From Dehalococcoidales bacterium (lineage in GTDB: Bacteria > Chloroflexota > Dehalococcoidia > Dehalococcoidales > JAUWZL01), in contig DAOUMC010000025.1 of NCBI GenBank assembly GCA_034413595.1, positions 999 through 64,998 of the forward strand: DNA of 64,000 nt, read 5' to 3'. The translations under genes were made by a program, and so were the position numbers. Positions 50,101-59,354 of this stretch are shown here, in pieces. How positions within the stretch are numbered: the first letter of the stretch is position 1; the number at the start of each line of letters is the position of its first letter. Below the pieces are notes generated by a model. The model saw nothing but the letters and a program-made list of their open reading frames with translations. It did not search any database and was not told the DNA's origin.

Positions 50101-50439
50101 ATGGCCGAAGGAGGCATAATGTCTGAAGAGATAAAGACCAAGAAGATAATGACCAAGCCGCTACCCCAGATTCTTGACGAGATTGAGGACAGCATCGGGC
50201 TGGCCGATGAAGCGGCTAAGAACGCCAGGGAGGCAGCCGAGGAAGCCCGCAGGGCCGGCGAGAAGGCGGCCAACGAGGCTGCCAGGGTGGCTGCCGAGGC
50301 CATTGCCCGCGTTGACCAGAAAGCAAAGAGCGCTCTTGAGCTGGCTCAGCTGTTGAGATTGTCGATTATGGATGCCACTGCTGCCCTTGAGAAAAGGCTT
50401 TCCGGGGAAACCAGGGAACGCCCGAGGAAAGCGACTTAA
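50101..50439 (+). CDS. Ala/Glu-rich coiled-coil protein, unknown function
   Basis: GGAGG SD before ATG 50119 (alternative start); long alanine heptad helix. Confidence 0.65.
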   Translation: MAEGGIMSEEIKTKKIMTKPLPQILDEIEDSIGLADEAAKNAREAAEEARRAGEKAANEAARVAAEAIARVDQKAKSALELAQLLRLSIMDATAALEKRLSGETRERPRKAT

Positions 50440-50952
50440 ATACACTTATCAAAGACTGTTTTCGCTCTTGGCGCAGACTTGACGGTAGATACGGTGAATC
50501 TGGCAAAGCGATTGACTCTAAACCACAGACGCTCCGAGTCTGCTCTCCTAAATGTTGGGCCCGGGAAGACAAGCCGATAGGGTATTACTGGAAATGGTAG
50601 CGCCTCCCGCGTTTGGAAAAGAGGGTTGTTGCCTTTAGCTGTGTTTTGGTGAGCCTCCAGCTCTTCCTGGGTGCCCTTCTTTATTTAATGAGAGAGCCCT
50701 GAGTCAAAAATAGGCGGTTTAAAGTGAGAAAACAACCCCCCCCCTTATTGCCCATTTGTCGTATTTTGTCTCTTGATGGCTGCTGCTGTACTGTAAGGGA
50801 GTCGTTCTGTCTGGAGAAGGCTCCGTTTGTTGTGGTGACCAGACAATCAGCCCGGGAGTTTAATCTGGCTGTGGGCAGAGGTCTATGCCGGCTTTAAGCC
50901 AACGGCGATTCACACCGCTAAGAGGTGGAGCTAATAGCCTTCTCTCTCCCAC

Positions 50953-52395
50953 TTAAGTCATGTCTTTGTGGCTCGGGCGCCTGATAAGGTGCAGGACGGT
51001 GATTAGCAGAGCCAGGTCTGTGGCATATATGCCCCCCACCAGCCACCAGTTGGTCGTCCCAGGGCTGGTCATTCCGGTTGGTGCTGCTGTCGGTGTTGAT
51101 GTCAGGCTGGGGGTCGGAGCCGGGATGGCCTCCCGCTTGACCACGAAAGAGCCCGTAAGACCGTTCAGGTTAAGCAGGTAGAAATCGGCCGTCTCCGGGG
51201 ACAGGTTGAAGGTGACCAGACTGCTGGCACCGCCCTCCAGGGTGATGCTTCTGGTCTCCTCTGCATCGTTGTTGAGCATAAGGGCCAGTTCGTAGCTGCC
51301 GGGAAGGTCTCCGGTGTTCTCCACCAGGGCGGTTACGGTTACCGTGTCTCCCACCCTGGCCTCGGTCGGGGATACGGAGAGCCCGGAGATGGTAAAGGCC
51401 GGGGGTGCCGTGTGGGCTATAACGGCAAAGGTGGTCAGGTGATGCACCGGGGCGGTTATGGTATCGGCCGTCGGGTCGACAACGGAGAGCTCAAGCTCAT
51501 GCCATTGGCTGTCCACCTCATCCCAGGAGGCGATAGCCAGTTTCTCCTGGCTTACTCCTTCCGGTATTTGTGTCTCGTCATAGGTCAGGGTAAGAACCGC
51601 CGGCGGGTCAAAGGTAGCACCATCGGGGTCAATGTCGTAGACAGGGCCGATGATGCCGCAGTTTTCGGGTGGCGCCTGAGGCTCTTTAATATCAACTATC
51701 CTTATCTCTTGCAGCGGGGAGCCGTATTCGTCCAGAGCTTTTGTTCCCTCATAAAGTGTCAGGGTGCACCTGGAGTCTTCAGAGGCGGCAGTAATTTCCT
51801 GGGTGATTGTCCCCTGCCAGTCAATCTTGCCGGCAATAGCGGTGGTTCCGGTGGGGATGGGTTGGGCAGTGACCTGCCTGTAGGTCACCTGGCCCAGTGA
51901 CTGGTACTGAGGCAAATAAGAGGTAACGGTGAACCACAGCACGGCTTTGACCCTGGCCTCGACCAGCTCACCGGAAACGTTGTAGCTGCCGGGGTTGCTG
52001 CCGGTGGGAAATTCCAGGGCCACCGTCTGGGATGCCTGGGCGACCTCTCCCGCTTTATTGGGAAAGGGGCTTATTGACAGGGTGTAGTCAGAACTCAGCA
52101 CTGCCTTGGCGCCGGTGGCGGTGTTTTCGGCTGTGACACGGCCGGTGACGCGAGCTTCGCTTACCGATAGCGGCAGGTCTTTGACGCAGCTTGCCGTGCC
52201 GGTGATGGTGGCGTAGAAAATTTCGCCCTCCTGGACGTCAGTGCTGCTGAACTGCACCGAGTAGTCTATCTTGAAATAATCGTCCACGCTCAGGGCGGTT
52301 GCTGGTGCCGGTCTTATGGAGATTAGACACAGCGCCAGCGCCAGAGCCATCGCTAGGCGGCATAACACGCCTGGCCCGAATGTTTTACCTATCAT
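50953..52395 (-). CDS. Secreted, membrane-anchored surface protein (Ig-like, ZU5-like and CARDB-like domains)
   Basis: Signal peptide; GPVYDI.PDGATFDPP..L.L.Y, W.......HLTTFA; CARDB-like V.NTG...GSY; PT linker; NWWLVGG TM. Confidence 0.75.
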   Translation of the reverse strand: MIGKTFGPGVLCRLAMALALALCLISIRPAPATALSVDDYFKIDYSVQFSSTDVQEGEIFYATITGTASCVKDLPLSVSEARVTGRVTAENTATGAKAVLSSDYTLSISPFPNKAGEVAQASQTVALEFPTGSNPGSYNVSGELVEARVKAVLWFTVTSYLPQYQSLGQVTYRQVTAQPIPTGTTAIAGKIDWQGTITQEITAASEDSRCTLTLYEGTKALDEYGSPLQEIRIVDIKEPQAPPENCGIIGPVYDIDPDGATFDPPAVLTLTYDETQIPEGVSQEKLAIASWDEVDSQWHELELSVVDPTADTITAPVHHLTTFAVIAHTAPPAFTISGLSVSPTEARVGDTVTVTALVENTGDLPGSYELALMLNNDAEETRSITLEGGASSLVTFNLSPETADFYLLNLNGLTGSFVVKREAIPAPTPSLTSTPTAAPTGMTSPGTTNWWLVGGIYATDLALLITVLHLIRRPSHKDMT

Positions 52396-52475
52396 CTCTT
52401 GCCTGCTGTCCCCGGGATATGCTCGTCGGTGACTTTACCGGGCGCCGAGGTCTGGTGTCAAACAGGAACAGTTAG

Positions 52476-54701
52476 CTATTTCTTGTCCGGTGAGCTCTTG
52501 GTTATGGTAAAGCCGGCACCGTGGGGCGTTTCCTGATAGTCAATAACCATCCCCTCCAGCGATGGCACCAGTTCCGGGCTGATGACCAGAATCTTCATCC
52601 CGCCGCTTTCCACCACCTGGTCCTCTTTCTTAGCTCTATCCAGAGCCATCTTTAGCTGGTTCGGCTTATCAGGAGAACGGGTGATGCGGAAGCTCGCATC
52701 GGGGTCTTGAGTTTTGGCCCGGATTCCCTCTCTTAATTTTTCGGCGGCCAGCGCCGTTACGGTCAGCACGCCGGCAGCCAGTCTCTGCCCCTCCACAGGA
52801 CGGACCTGCTTGGCTTCGGCTCCCACAGCCCACGCCTCCCTGGCTTCGGCGGCGGTCATTCTGGCCTTCTCTTCGGCTTCCGAAACTTTTTTGTATTCAG
52901 CCTCCTGCCTGGCCCGGCCGCTGACTTCCCTTCTTACGCTCTCCTCGGCGGTTCTGGCCTCCTGCCTGGCCCTGGCCAGACTCTCGGTGACGTCCTGGCT
53001 GGGTTTGGCTCTCAGGGGTGCTGGCACTAAAGCCTTTATCCTATCTCTTCTGGCCAACAGAACGATGCCCAGGGTCAGCAGGACTGAGCCGGCGGCGACA
53101 CCTAAAATGAGCCACCAGTTAATACCCTGGTGTGGCGGTGGTGGCGGAGCGGCTTCTTCCTTTACCTCAAACGAGAAACTCAGCCCGCCGACCGACACCA
53201 AGTAAGTGCCGGCGGCGCTCTTGGTGGTGGTGAAGTCTACCGTTTCACTATCACCGGCGGTCAGGTTCAGTTCTTCTGTCGACTCAGCCGTCCCGTTCAC
53301 GGTAAAGGTTGCCTGATAGCTGCCGCCAAGCTCGCCGGTGTTGGTGACCGTGAAACCGACGGTCACCTGGTCTCCGGTGTCAACCTTGCTCAGGGATATA
53401 TCCCAGCCGCTGGTAACGAAAGTGGCCGGTGTCGCCAGTGTGGTGAAGGTGAATTCGGCGGATACCGCCAGGTTGCCGGCGCCGTCCCGGGACATAACCT
53501 TGTAGTGGTATAGCGTATTCGGGTTGAGGTCGGTCAGGTGGACGAGGTGCTCGGTAACCATGGTGGCGTCCAGCGGCGTCAGCTGGCTGGGGCTGGCCCA
53601 GTACTCCACCTGGCTGTCGCCGGACTCGTCCGTCGTCCAGGCGATGTCGGCGCTGGTCCGGGTGACATTGGAGCTTGATGTCTCTGAGATGGTCGGGGGT
53701 GTGTTGTCTGGTATCAGGCTGAAGTTGGCGGTGACCGTCTTATCTGCGTCCATGGTGACGGTGGTTGTAGCCGAACTGGGGTCGGCCACGTCTCCCGTCC
53801 AGCCGTCAAACTGCCAGCCGCTGGCCGGTGTGGCCGTGATATCAACTACGGTGCCCTCGGGATAGCTGTGCGTGCCCGCCGCCGGGTCGATGGTGCCGTT
53901 GCCGTTGACCGCCATGGTCAGGACGAACTGCCCCTGGAGTTTGAAGTTGGCGGTGACTGTTTTATCTGCGTCCATGGTGACGGTAGTTGTAGCCGAGCTG
54001 AGGTCGGCCACGTCACCTTCCCAGTGGTCGAATATCCATCCCGAACTGGCGGTAGCACTGATGTTGACCTGTGTTCCCCCATCGTAGTCATGAGGGCCTA
54101 CTGCCGGGTCGATGGTGCCGTTGCCATTTACCGCCATAGTCAGGGTGCAGGTGAAGATAGCCGTGATTGTCTTGTCTGCGTCCATGGTTACCGTGGTGTC
54201 CGCCGAGCTGGGGTCGGCCACGTCACCAACCCATTGTACAAACTGGTAGCCCGGGTCGTGTGTGGCACTGATGGGGACGACTGTTCCTATATCATAGGTG
54301 CCGGCACCGGAAGCGATGCCGTTGCCAAGTGTATTTATAATAAGCGTATATTGGGTGGGTGGTGGTGAGGTTACTGATAGATTAAGCTCGGTAGCCCCCC
54401 CCTCTTGAAAGGGATATGAACTAGCCTGTATTCCATTTACATAAAATATAATCGTATCTCCCGCGTTGCCGGGAACATCAAAGTTATAACTGCCACCGCT
54501 TGTACTGGTGCTCGCTACCGGTGTTCCATTTATTTCTGCAGTTACACTGGTACCATCAGGGGCAGGTGAGCTATCTATAGTGACAGTGCCCCAAAAGGCA
54601 TGCGGCATGGTTGGTGGTGGTTGAGCCATAACAATACTTGATGACAGCAGGTAGGAGACTAGTAGTATTACCAGAATGATGGTTCCTAAAAGCCTTTTCA
54701 C
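52476..54701 (-). CDS. Adhesin-like membrane protein (3 InlB B-type repeats, FN3, CARDB-like, TM) with a cytoplasmic HesB/IscA-like C-terminal domain
   Basis: PHAFWGTVT N-domain; three W.GDVAD.SS..TTVTMDADKT repeats; WTTDESGDSQVEY FN3; TM; LTVT..AAEKL...DQVVESGGMKILV...IDY....G.GF.I tail. Confidence 0.8.
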   Translation of the reverse strand: MKRLLGTIILVILLVSYLLSSSIVMAQPPPTMPHAFWGTVTIDSSPAPDGTSVTAEINGTPVASTSTSGGSYNFDVPGNAGDTIIFYVNGIQASSYPFQEGGATELNLSVTSPPPTQYTLIINTLGNGIASGAGTYDIGTVVPISATHDPGYQFVQWVGDVADPSSADTTVTMDADKTITAIFTCTLTMAVNGNGTIDPAVGPHDYDGGTQVNISATASSGWIFDHWEGDVADLSSATTTVTMDADKTVTANFKLQGQFVLTMAVNGNGTIDPAAGTHSYPEGTVVDITATPASGWQFDGWTGDVADPSSATTTVTMDADKTVTANFSLIPDNTPPTISETSSSNVTRTSADIAWTTDESGDSQVEYWASPSQLTPLDATMVTEHLVHLTDLNPNTLYHYKVMSRDGAGNLAVSAEFTFTTLATPATFVTSGWDISLSKVDTGDQVTVGFTVTNTGELGGSYQATFTVNGTAESTEELNLTAGDSETVDFTTTKSAAGTYLVSVGGLSFSFEVKEEAAPPPPPHQGINWWLILGVAAGSVLLTLGIVLLARRDRIKALVPAPLRAKPSQDVTESLARARQEARTAEESVRREVSGRARQEAEYKKVSEAEEKARMTAAEAREAWAVGAEAKQVRPVEGQRLAAGVLTVTALAAEKLREGIRAKTQDPDASFRITRSPDKPNQLKMALDRAKKEDQVVESGGMKILVISPELVPSLEGMVIDYQETPHGAGFTITKSSPDKK

Positions 54702-54733
54702 TTCGCCTCCTCAATCGCTCATAAATTATTATA

Positions 54734-56728
54734 TCAGTTGCTGTCTATAGTCAATGTGTTTGGGTTGGTCATCTCTATCCAGTAGGCCTTGCCCTCCGTC
54801 ATTTCAGTGAGGGTCGGCGGCGGGCCACCAGGAATGTAACGAGACCAAGTATCGGTAGCACCGTCGTAATACCACACTATCTCAACATCACCAATTATTC
54901 CAGCCAGCACATCCCCGATGGCGGACGAGGTGGGAGTCTCCGGTAGCGAGATGAGGTTCCAGCCGGCTACCAGATTTATATCGTAAGGGAGCGAAGGTTC
55001 TACCCCGTCAATGATGAGTTTACAGGGATTGGAAACGTGTATCCAGTAGCCTTTGCCCTCTGTCATATTGTTTAAGGTCGGCGGCGGGCCACCAGGAATG
55101 TAACGAGACCAAGTATCGGTAGCACCGTCGTAATACCACACTATGTCAACATTACCAATTACGTCAGCCAGCACATCGCCTATGGTGGTTGAGGCTGGTG
55201 TGCGCGGCAGGCCGACGAAGTTCCAGCCCGCAACTAGGTCGACGCCCGCTTCGTAGGTGGCATATCCCAGGGGCAGGGTGTTGCCCTGCAGTAAGTCCAC
55301 AACATTCTGGGCGGTAAGTGCGTCGATGCCCTGTGTATACCACATCTCGTAGACGCCGTTGTTGTAGATGACGCAGGGGGTGCCGACGCCGCTCCACGGG
55401 CTGCCGCTGGCACCGACCAGGGCGGTGGGGTTCTGGATATCCCAGGCCACGCCGTCACCTGAGGTGGCGTGGCCGATTACTGTACCGGTGTCGGCCAGAA
55501 GGGTCTTGACGTTGCCCATCCGGTTGTCTACGAGGTCAGTGAAGTCAGTCAGGAAATCGTTCAGGTTCACCACCGGGCTCAGGTCACCCCACAGGTTAAG
55601 CAAATCGGGCGCCAGCGCCCGTATCTCATCGGCAAGGTTCCCGAAGGTGGTCAGGGTCAGGTCTGTCTGGCCCCGGGTGTACCATATCTCATAGCTTGAG
55701 CCGTTCTTGATAACGCAGGGGAAGCCGACGCTGTCCCACGCCCCGCTACCGCTGGGCAGACCCGTGGCCGGTGTTTCTGCCCAGCCTATGCCATCGCTGG
55801 AGGTGGCATAGGCGATGCCGCTGCTGGTGCTGTCCAGGATATTCCACAGCTCGTCGGAGCCGAAGGTGCCAATGTTCGCCAGATAGTTATCAAGGTCGGT
55901 TCCGGTGAGGCTGGTACTGGCCTTGGTGTACCACATCTTGTAGGTGCCGCCATCGTTGATAACGCAGGGCGTGGCCACGCTGTCCCAGAGGTTGCCGCTC
56001 TGGTCTAGGCCTGTGGTGGGAGTTTCTGCCGCCCAGTTGATGCCGTCGGCGGACGTGGTGTAGCCGATGGTCGTGGCCGTGCTGTCAGTCAGGTTCAGTA
56101 TAGCGGCTTTTCTCGTCGCCTGGTCTGTGCTGCCCAGGTCAGTCAGGATAGAGTCAAACTCGGGCCGGGTCAGACTGGTCTTGGTGTGCGTGTACCACAT
56201 CTTGTAGGTGCCACCATCGTTGATAACGCAGGGGAAGCCGACGCTGTCCCAGCCGGCGCCACCACCCGCCAGCACTTGGGAATTGACCACCGTCCAGTCC
56301 GTGCCGTTGTTTGAAGTGGCGTAGCCGATAACGGTGCTGATATTACTCAGGAAGCCCCACAGGGCGTCGCGGGCATTGGCATCCAGAAGGGATATGTCAT
56401 TGAGCAGTTGCTCCAGGTTCTGGTCGGCTATATCGTTCACTATGTTATCGTTGAGTATGTCCCTTAGATAGCCGGCGATCTGGCTGATATAGAGCCCGGT
56501 CTTGCCGTGGGTGTACCACATCTGGTAGTCGTTGGGGCCGTTCTTTACCACCCAGGCATCCATGACATAAAGTTCGTTGTTGGCACCATTGAGAAGCGAC
56601 AGAGGACTCAGGTATTTTGTCCAGGGCACCGCTGCCTGAACCAGTGATACCAGGCTGACCATGAGAACTATGGTTAGGGCTAAGATTAACGCTGCTGTCC
56701 CGACGGCCCGGTTTTTACTCCGGTTCAT
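54734..56728 (-). CDS. Secreted five-bladed beta-propeller protein with helical inserts and two C-terminal AGWN repeats
   Basis: Signal peptide; five P.V....Y.MWYT...IGYATS.DG..W blades; two LVAGWN...WYYDGATDTWSRYIPGGPPPTL..MTEGK.YWI repeats. Start ATG 56728 chosen. Confidence 0.8.
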   Translation of the reverse strand: MNRSKNRAVGTAALILALTIVLMVSLVSLVQAAVPWTKYLSPLSLLNGANNELYVMDAWVVKNGPNDYQMWYTHGKTGLYISQIAGYLRDILNDNIVNDIADQNLEQLLNDISLLDANARDALWGFLSNISTVIGYATSNNGTDWTVVNSQVLAGGGAGWDSVGFPCVINDGGTYKMWYTHTKTSLTRPEFDSILTDLGSTDQATRKAAILNLTDSTATTIGYTTSADGINWAAETPTTGLDQSGNLWDSVATPCVINDGGTYKMWYTKASTSLTGTDLDNYLANIGTFGSDELWNILDSTSSGIAYATSSDGIGWAETPATGLPSGSGAWDSVGFPCVIKNGSSYEIWYTRGQTDLTLTTFGNLADEIRALAPDLLNLWGDLSPVVNLNDFLTDFTDLVDNRMGNVKTLLADTGTVIGHATSGDGVAWDIQNPTALVGASGSPWSGVGTPCVIYNNGVYEMWYTQGIDALTAQNVVDLLQGNTLPLGYATYEAGVDLVAGWNFVGLPRTPASTTIGDVLADVIGNVDIVWYYDGATDTWSRYIPGGPPPTLNNMTEGKGYWIHVSNPCKLIIDGVEPSLPYDINLVAGWNLISLPETPTSSAIGDVLAGIIGDVEIVWYYDGATDTWSRYIPGGPPPTLTEMTEGKAYWIEMTNPNTLTIDSN
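54812..55144. repeat. Identical 69-bp direct repeat pair (54812-54880 and 55076-55144)
   Basis: ggtcggcggcgggccacc...ataccacactat occurs twice, 264 bp apart. Confidence 0.9.
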
Positions 56729-57020
56729 AATATTCCCCAATCGTAATTGGGCAATACTGACCTTTCAGTGCCCCATCCAATATCTGGAGACAATAGTATT
56801 ATTTGATGCCTGCAATTGCCCAAAGGCTAGCATAACTTCTCTTACCCGTCAAGCCCTGCCGGTGAAGAGAGGCCAGAAACTTTAGTAACCGTCTGTCTTT
56901 TGGGGGATTAAAGGTGGCAAGCGGGGTCAGTTCGGGTTTCCTTTTCCTGTGTCAGTGGAGGGTGAGATGCTATGAACGTTAGCCTGTGAAGCCAAGTCCA
57001 GCCGATGAAAGCCGAGTTAC

Positions 57021-58247
57021 TTATGCCTGCTTTAGTCTAACCTGGATTTCCTTGCCCTTGCCCACCGCTTCCTCAATGAGTGGTACCTGTTTTAATGCCT
57101 GTATTAACGGGGTAGGCTTCTCCGTGGAAACAACGACCTGGGCGCCTTCGCTCTCCTTGCTAGAACCACCAATCATTATCAGGCGCAGGTCATGGAGCTG
57201 ACGTAGGCCTTCTTCCAGTTCTTTTATATCGCTGGAATCTACCGGTGGCATTATCACCAGTCTTGTGATTCCGGTAAATAAAGCGGCTGTACCCTTAACC
57301 TCAACCTTCTCTGCCTTTTCCTTGGCTTCCTGGACAGCCTCTTCCTCCGCCTCCCTGGCCTTCTCGGCTTCTGGTGCTTGCCTTGCCTCTTCTTCAGCCT
57401 TTTTAATTTCCCTCTCTGCCTTCTCTTTGGCTGCCCTATCGGCCTCTATCTTCGCCTTCTCTTCGGTCTCCTTGGCTTTCTTGGCCTCTAGTGACTGCTG
57501 GATGGCCCTTTGCTCTGCTTCCCGAGCCTCTCTGGCAGCTTTCTCCGCAGCGATGACCCTCTTCTCCGCCTCTTCGGCTGCTTCCTTGGCTTCTTTCTTG
57601 GCCTTAGCCTCTGCTTCCTTAACCCTTTTGACTTCTAGTGCCTCCCTGTTAGCCTTTTCCTTGGCTTCCCGAATGGCTTTTGCGGCGGTCTCTCTGGCTT
57701 CCCTGATGGCCCTGCCTGCGGTTTCTTCAGCCTTCCAAACAGCTTTCTCAGCGGCTTGTATCGTTTCGCGGGCCGCCCTGTCTGTGGCCTTCTTTGCGGT
57801 CTTAGTTTTTTCCAGCTTCTCTCTGGCTTCAGCGGCCGCCTGTCTGGCTTGTTTCGCTGCCGCCTTGGCTTCCTGGACAGCCTCTTCCGCCGCTTCCCTG
57901 ACCTTCTCGGCCTCTGGTGCCTCTTCTTGTGCTTCTCCGGCTTCCGGGACACCTTTTTCGGCGGCTTCTTTAGCATCCTGGATGGCCTTCTTCTCAGCCT
58001 TTATAGTTTCGCGGGCCGCCCTGTCTGTGGCCTTCTTTGCGGTCTTATCTTTTTCCAGCTTCTCTCTGGCTTCAGCGGCCGCCTGTCTGGCTTGTTTCGC
58101 TGCCGCTCTGGCCTCAAGTATAGCTCTTCGCGCCGCTTCCCTGGCTTCCTTAATGGCTTTTTCGGCGGCTTCTTTAGCATCCTGGATGGCCTTCTTCCGG
58201 GCCATCATGATTTGGTCCGTCCTAGTGGTGCCTTTTTGCTTAGCCAT
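57021..58247 (-). CDS. Ala/Glu/Lys-rich long coiled-coil protein with a small globular C-terminal domain
   Basis: About 320 aa of AEK heptads; C-terminal LVIMPPVD...IGGS...PTPLIQAL domain. Confidence 0.75.
   Translation of the reverse strand: MAKQKGTTRTDQIMMARKKAIQDAKEAAEKAIKEAREAARRAILEARAAAKQARQAAAEAREKLEKDKTAKKATDRAARETIKAEKKAIQDAKEAAEKGVPEAGEAQEEAPEAEKVREAAEEAVQEAKAAAKQARQAAAEAREKLEKTKTAKKATDRAARETIQAAEKAVWKAEETAGRAIREARETAAKAIREAKEKANREALEVKRVKEAEAKAKKEAKEAAEEAEKRVIAAEKAAREAREAEQRAIQQSLEAKKAKETEEKAKIEADRAAKEKAEREIKKAEEEARQAPEAEKAREAEEEAVQEAKEKAEKVEVKGTAALFTGITRLVIMPPVDSSDIKELEEGLRQLHDLRLIMIGGSSKESEGAQVVVSTEKPTPLIQALKQVPLIEEAVGKGKEIQVRLKQA
57763..58106. repeat. About 101-bp near-identical direct repeats (57763-57863 and 58006-58106)
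   Basis: Encodes AAKQARQAAAEAREKLEK(D/T)KTAKKATDRAARETI twice, 243 bp apart. Confidence 0.85.
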
Positions 58248-58514
58248 TTATCGGTTCCTCCAATTACAGCTGGGAGTCAAACCTAATGTTCTCTTTAACG
58301 ACTTCGGATATTCGATTATACCCGGCTCTGCTTATTATACCAGATTGCCAAATACCGAATTACCAGATTAACCAGGCCGTCTTAGTATAAACACAGTTGG
58401 GGATAGTGTCAATCATTAGCTGCATTTTTTCTTAGAGCCGAATCAGGTGATTGCGGTTGGGGCAATTTAACGAGTATTTAGTCAATGTAAGGAGGAAATT
58501 TGTGACCGGACTGG

Positions 58515-59354
58515 CTACTTATTGATAGCCTCAAGAGCATTCTCATAGCCGGTCAGCGATACCTCAATGGCGTGCTCTAGAACTGGTTTGACCTCGTCAG
58601 GTACCGTCTCCAGCGCTTGTTGAAGAGCCTGCTGGTTGCTGGCAGCGTGTTGCCCCAAGAACCAGCCAAGGGTGTCCTGCGAGCCGTCCAGCCGGGGGGG
58701 CTCCGGGCTTTCCTGTGTCTCCGTCTTGGTGACGGCTGGTGTTGATGACAATGCCCCAAATGCCACGTTTTCCTGGTAAGATGTAGTTATGGCCAAGTCG
58801 GCCATCGCTATAAGCTGGTGCTCCAGTTGCTGGGTGGCTGCCTCTGCCAGTTCGGACTTGCCTTTGCGGGCAAGATAGATTATCTCGGCCACCCGTCTAT
58901 CGGAGAGTTTGGCATAGAGCTCTGCCTTGTCCAGGGGTGAGGAGGTCAGGCTTAGTTGCAGCTGCTCTACGGCCAGTTTTACCGGGTACAAGGGGCCATC
59001 GGGCATGCTGTTACTGGCTGCGGCCACCATACCGCTGCCGGCAAGCAACAAGATGAGAACCGTAGCTACCGCCGTCGTCCAGCGGAGTCGCCAGAAAGGT
59101 ACGGGGTGGCTTTTCTTGGCTGCCGTCTCCTGGACGGCGCTGCAGAATTCATACCTGGCTTTGGCCCTGAATCCGGCATCAGGCTCAATATTGATTACTG
59201 CTTTGGCTGAGGCCGCGGTCTGGAGCAGGGGCTTCAGAGTTTCCGCCAGTTCCGGATGACGGGCCAGGCACTGATCTACGGTCTCGCCCTTAACCAGCAG
59301 CTTTTCCAGGCACTCGTTTAGGACATCGTCAAACTGCTTATCTGTCTTTTTCAT
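58515..59354 (-). CDS. DUF5667 domain protein, putative anti-sigma factor
   Basis: N-terminal ECLE.L..G...CLA.HPE; TM; AASNSMPDGPLYPVKLAVEQLQL...RR..E motif; overlaps the sigma stop codon. Confidence 0.78.
   Translation of the reverse strand: MKKTDKQFDDVLNECLEKLLVKGETVDQCLARHPELAETLKPLLQTAASAKAVINIEPDAGFRAKARYEFCSAVQETAAKKSHPVPFWRLRWTTAVATVLILLLAGSGMVAAASNSMPDGPLYPVKLAVEQLQLSLTSSPLDKAELYAKLSDRRVAEIIYLARKGKSELAEAATQQLEHQLIAMADLAITTSYQENVAFGALSSTPAVTKTETQESPEPPRLDGSQDTLGWFLGQHAASNQQALQQALETVPDEVKPVLEHAIEVSLTGYENALEAINK

Noticed and set aside
50736-50744. C9 tract as a phase-variation switch
   Set aside because: It lies downstream of two convergent genes, not in a CDS or a recognisable promoter.
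54812-55144. Repeat pair as DGR template/variable regions
   Set aside because: The copies are identical rather than differing at adenines, both are coding, and there is no reverse transcriptase.
57265-58371. 368-aa plus-strand ORF opposite the coiled-coil gene
   Set aside because: It is the antisense mirror of low-complexity GCN/GAA/AAG codons (S/A/F/L-rich) with no independent evidence.
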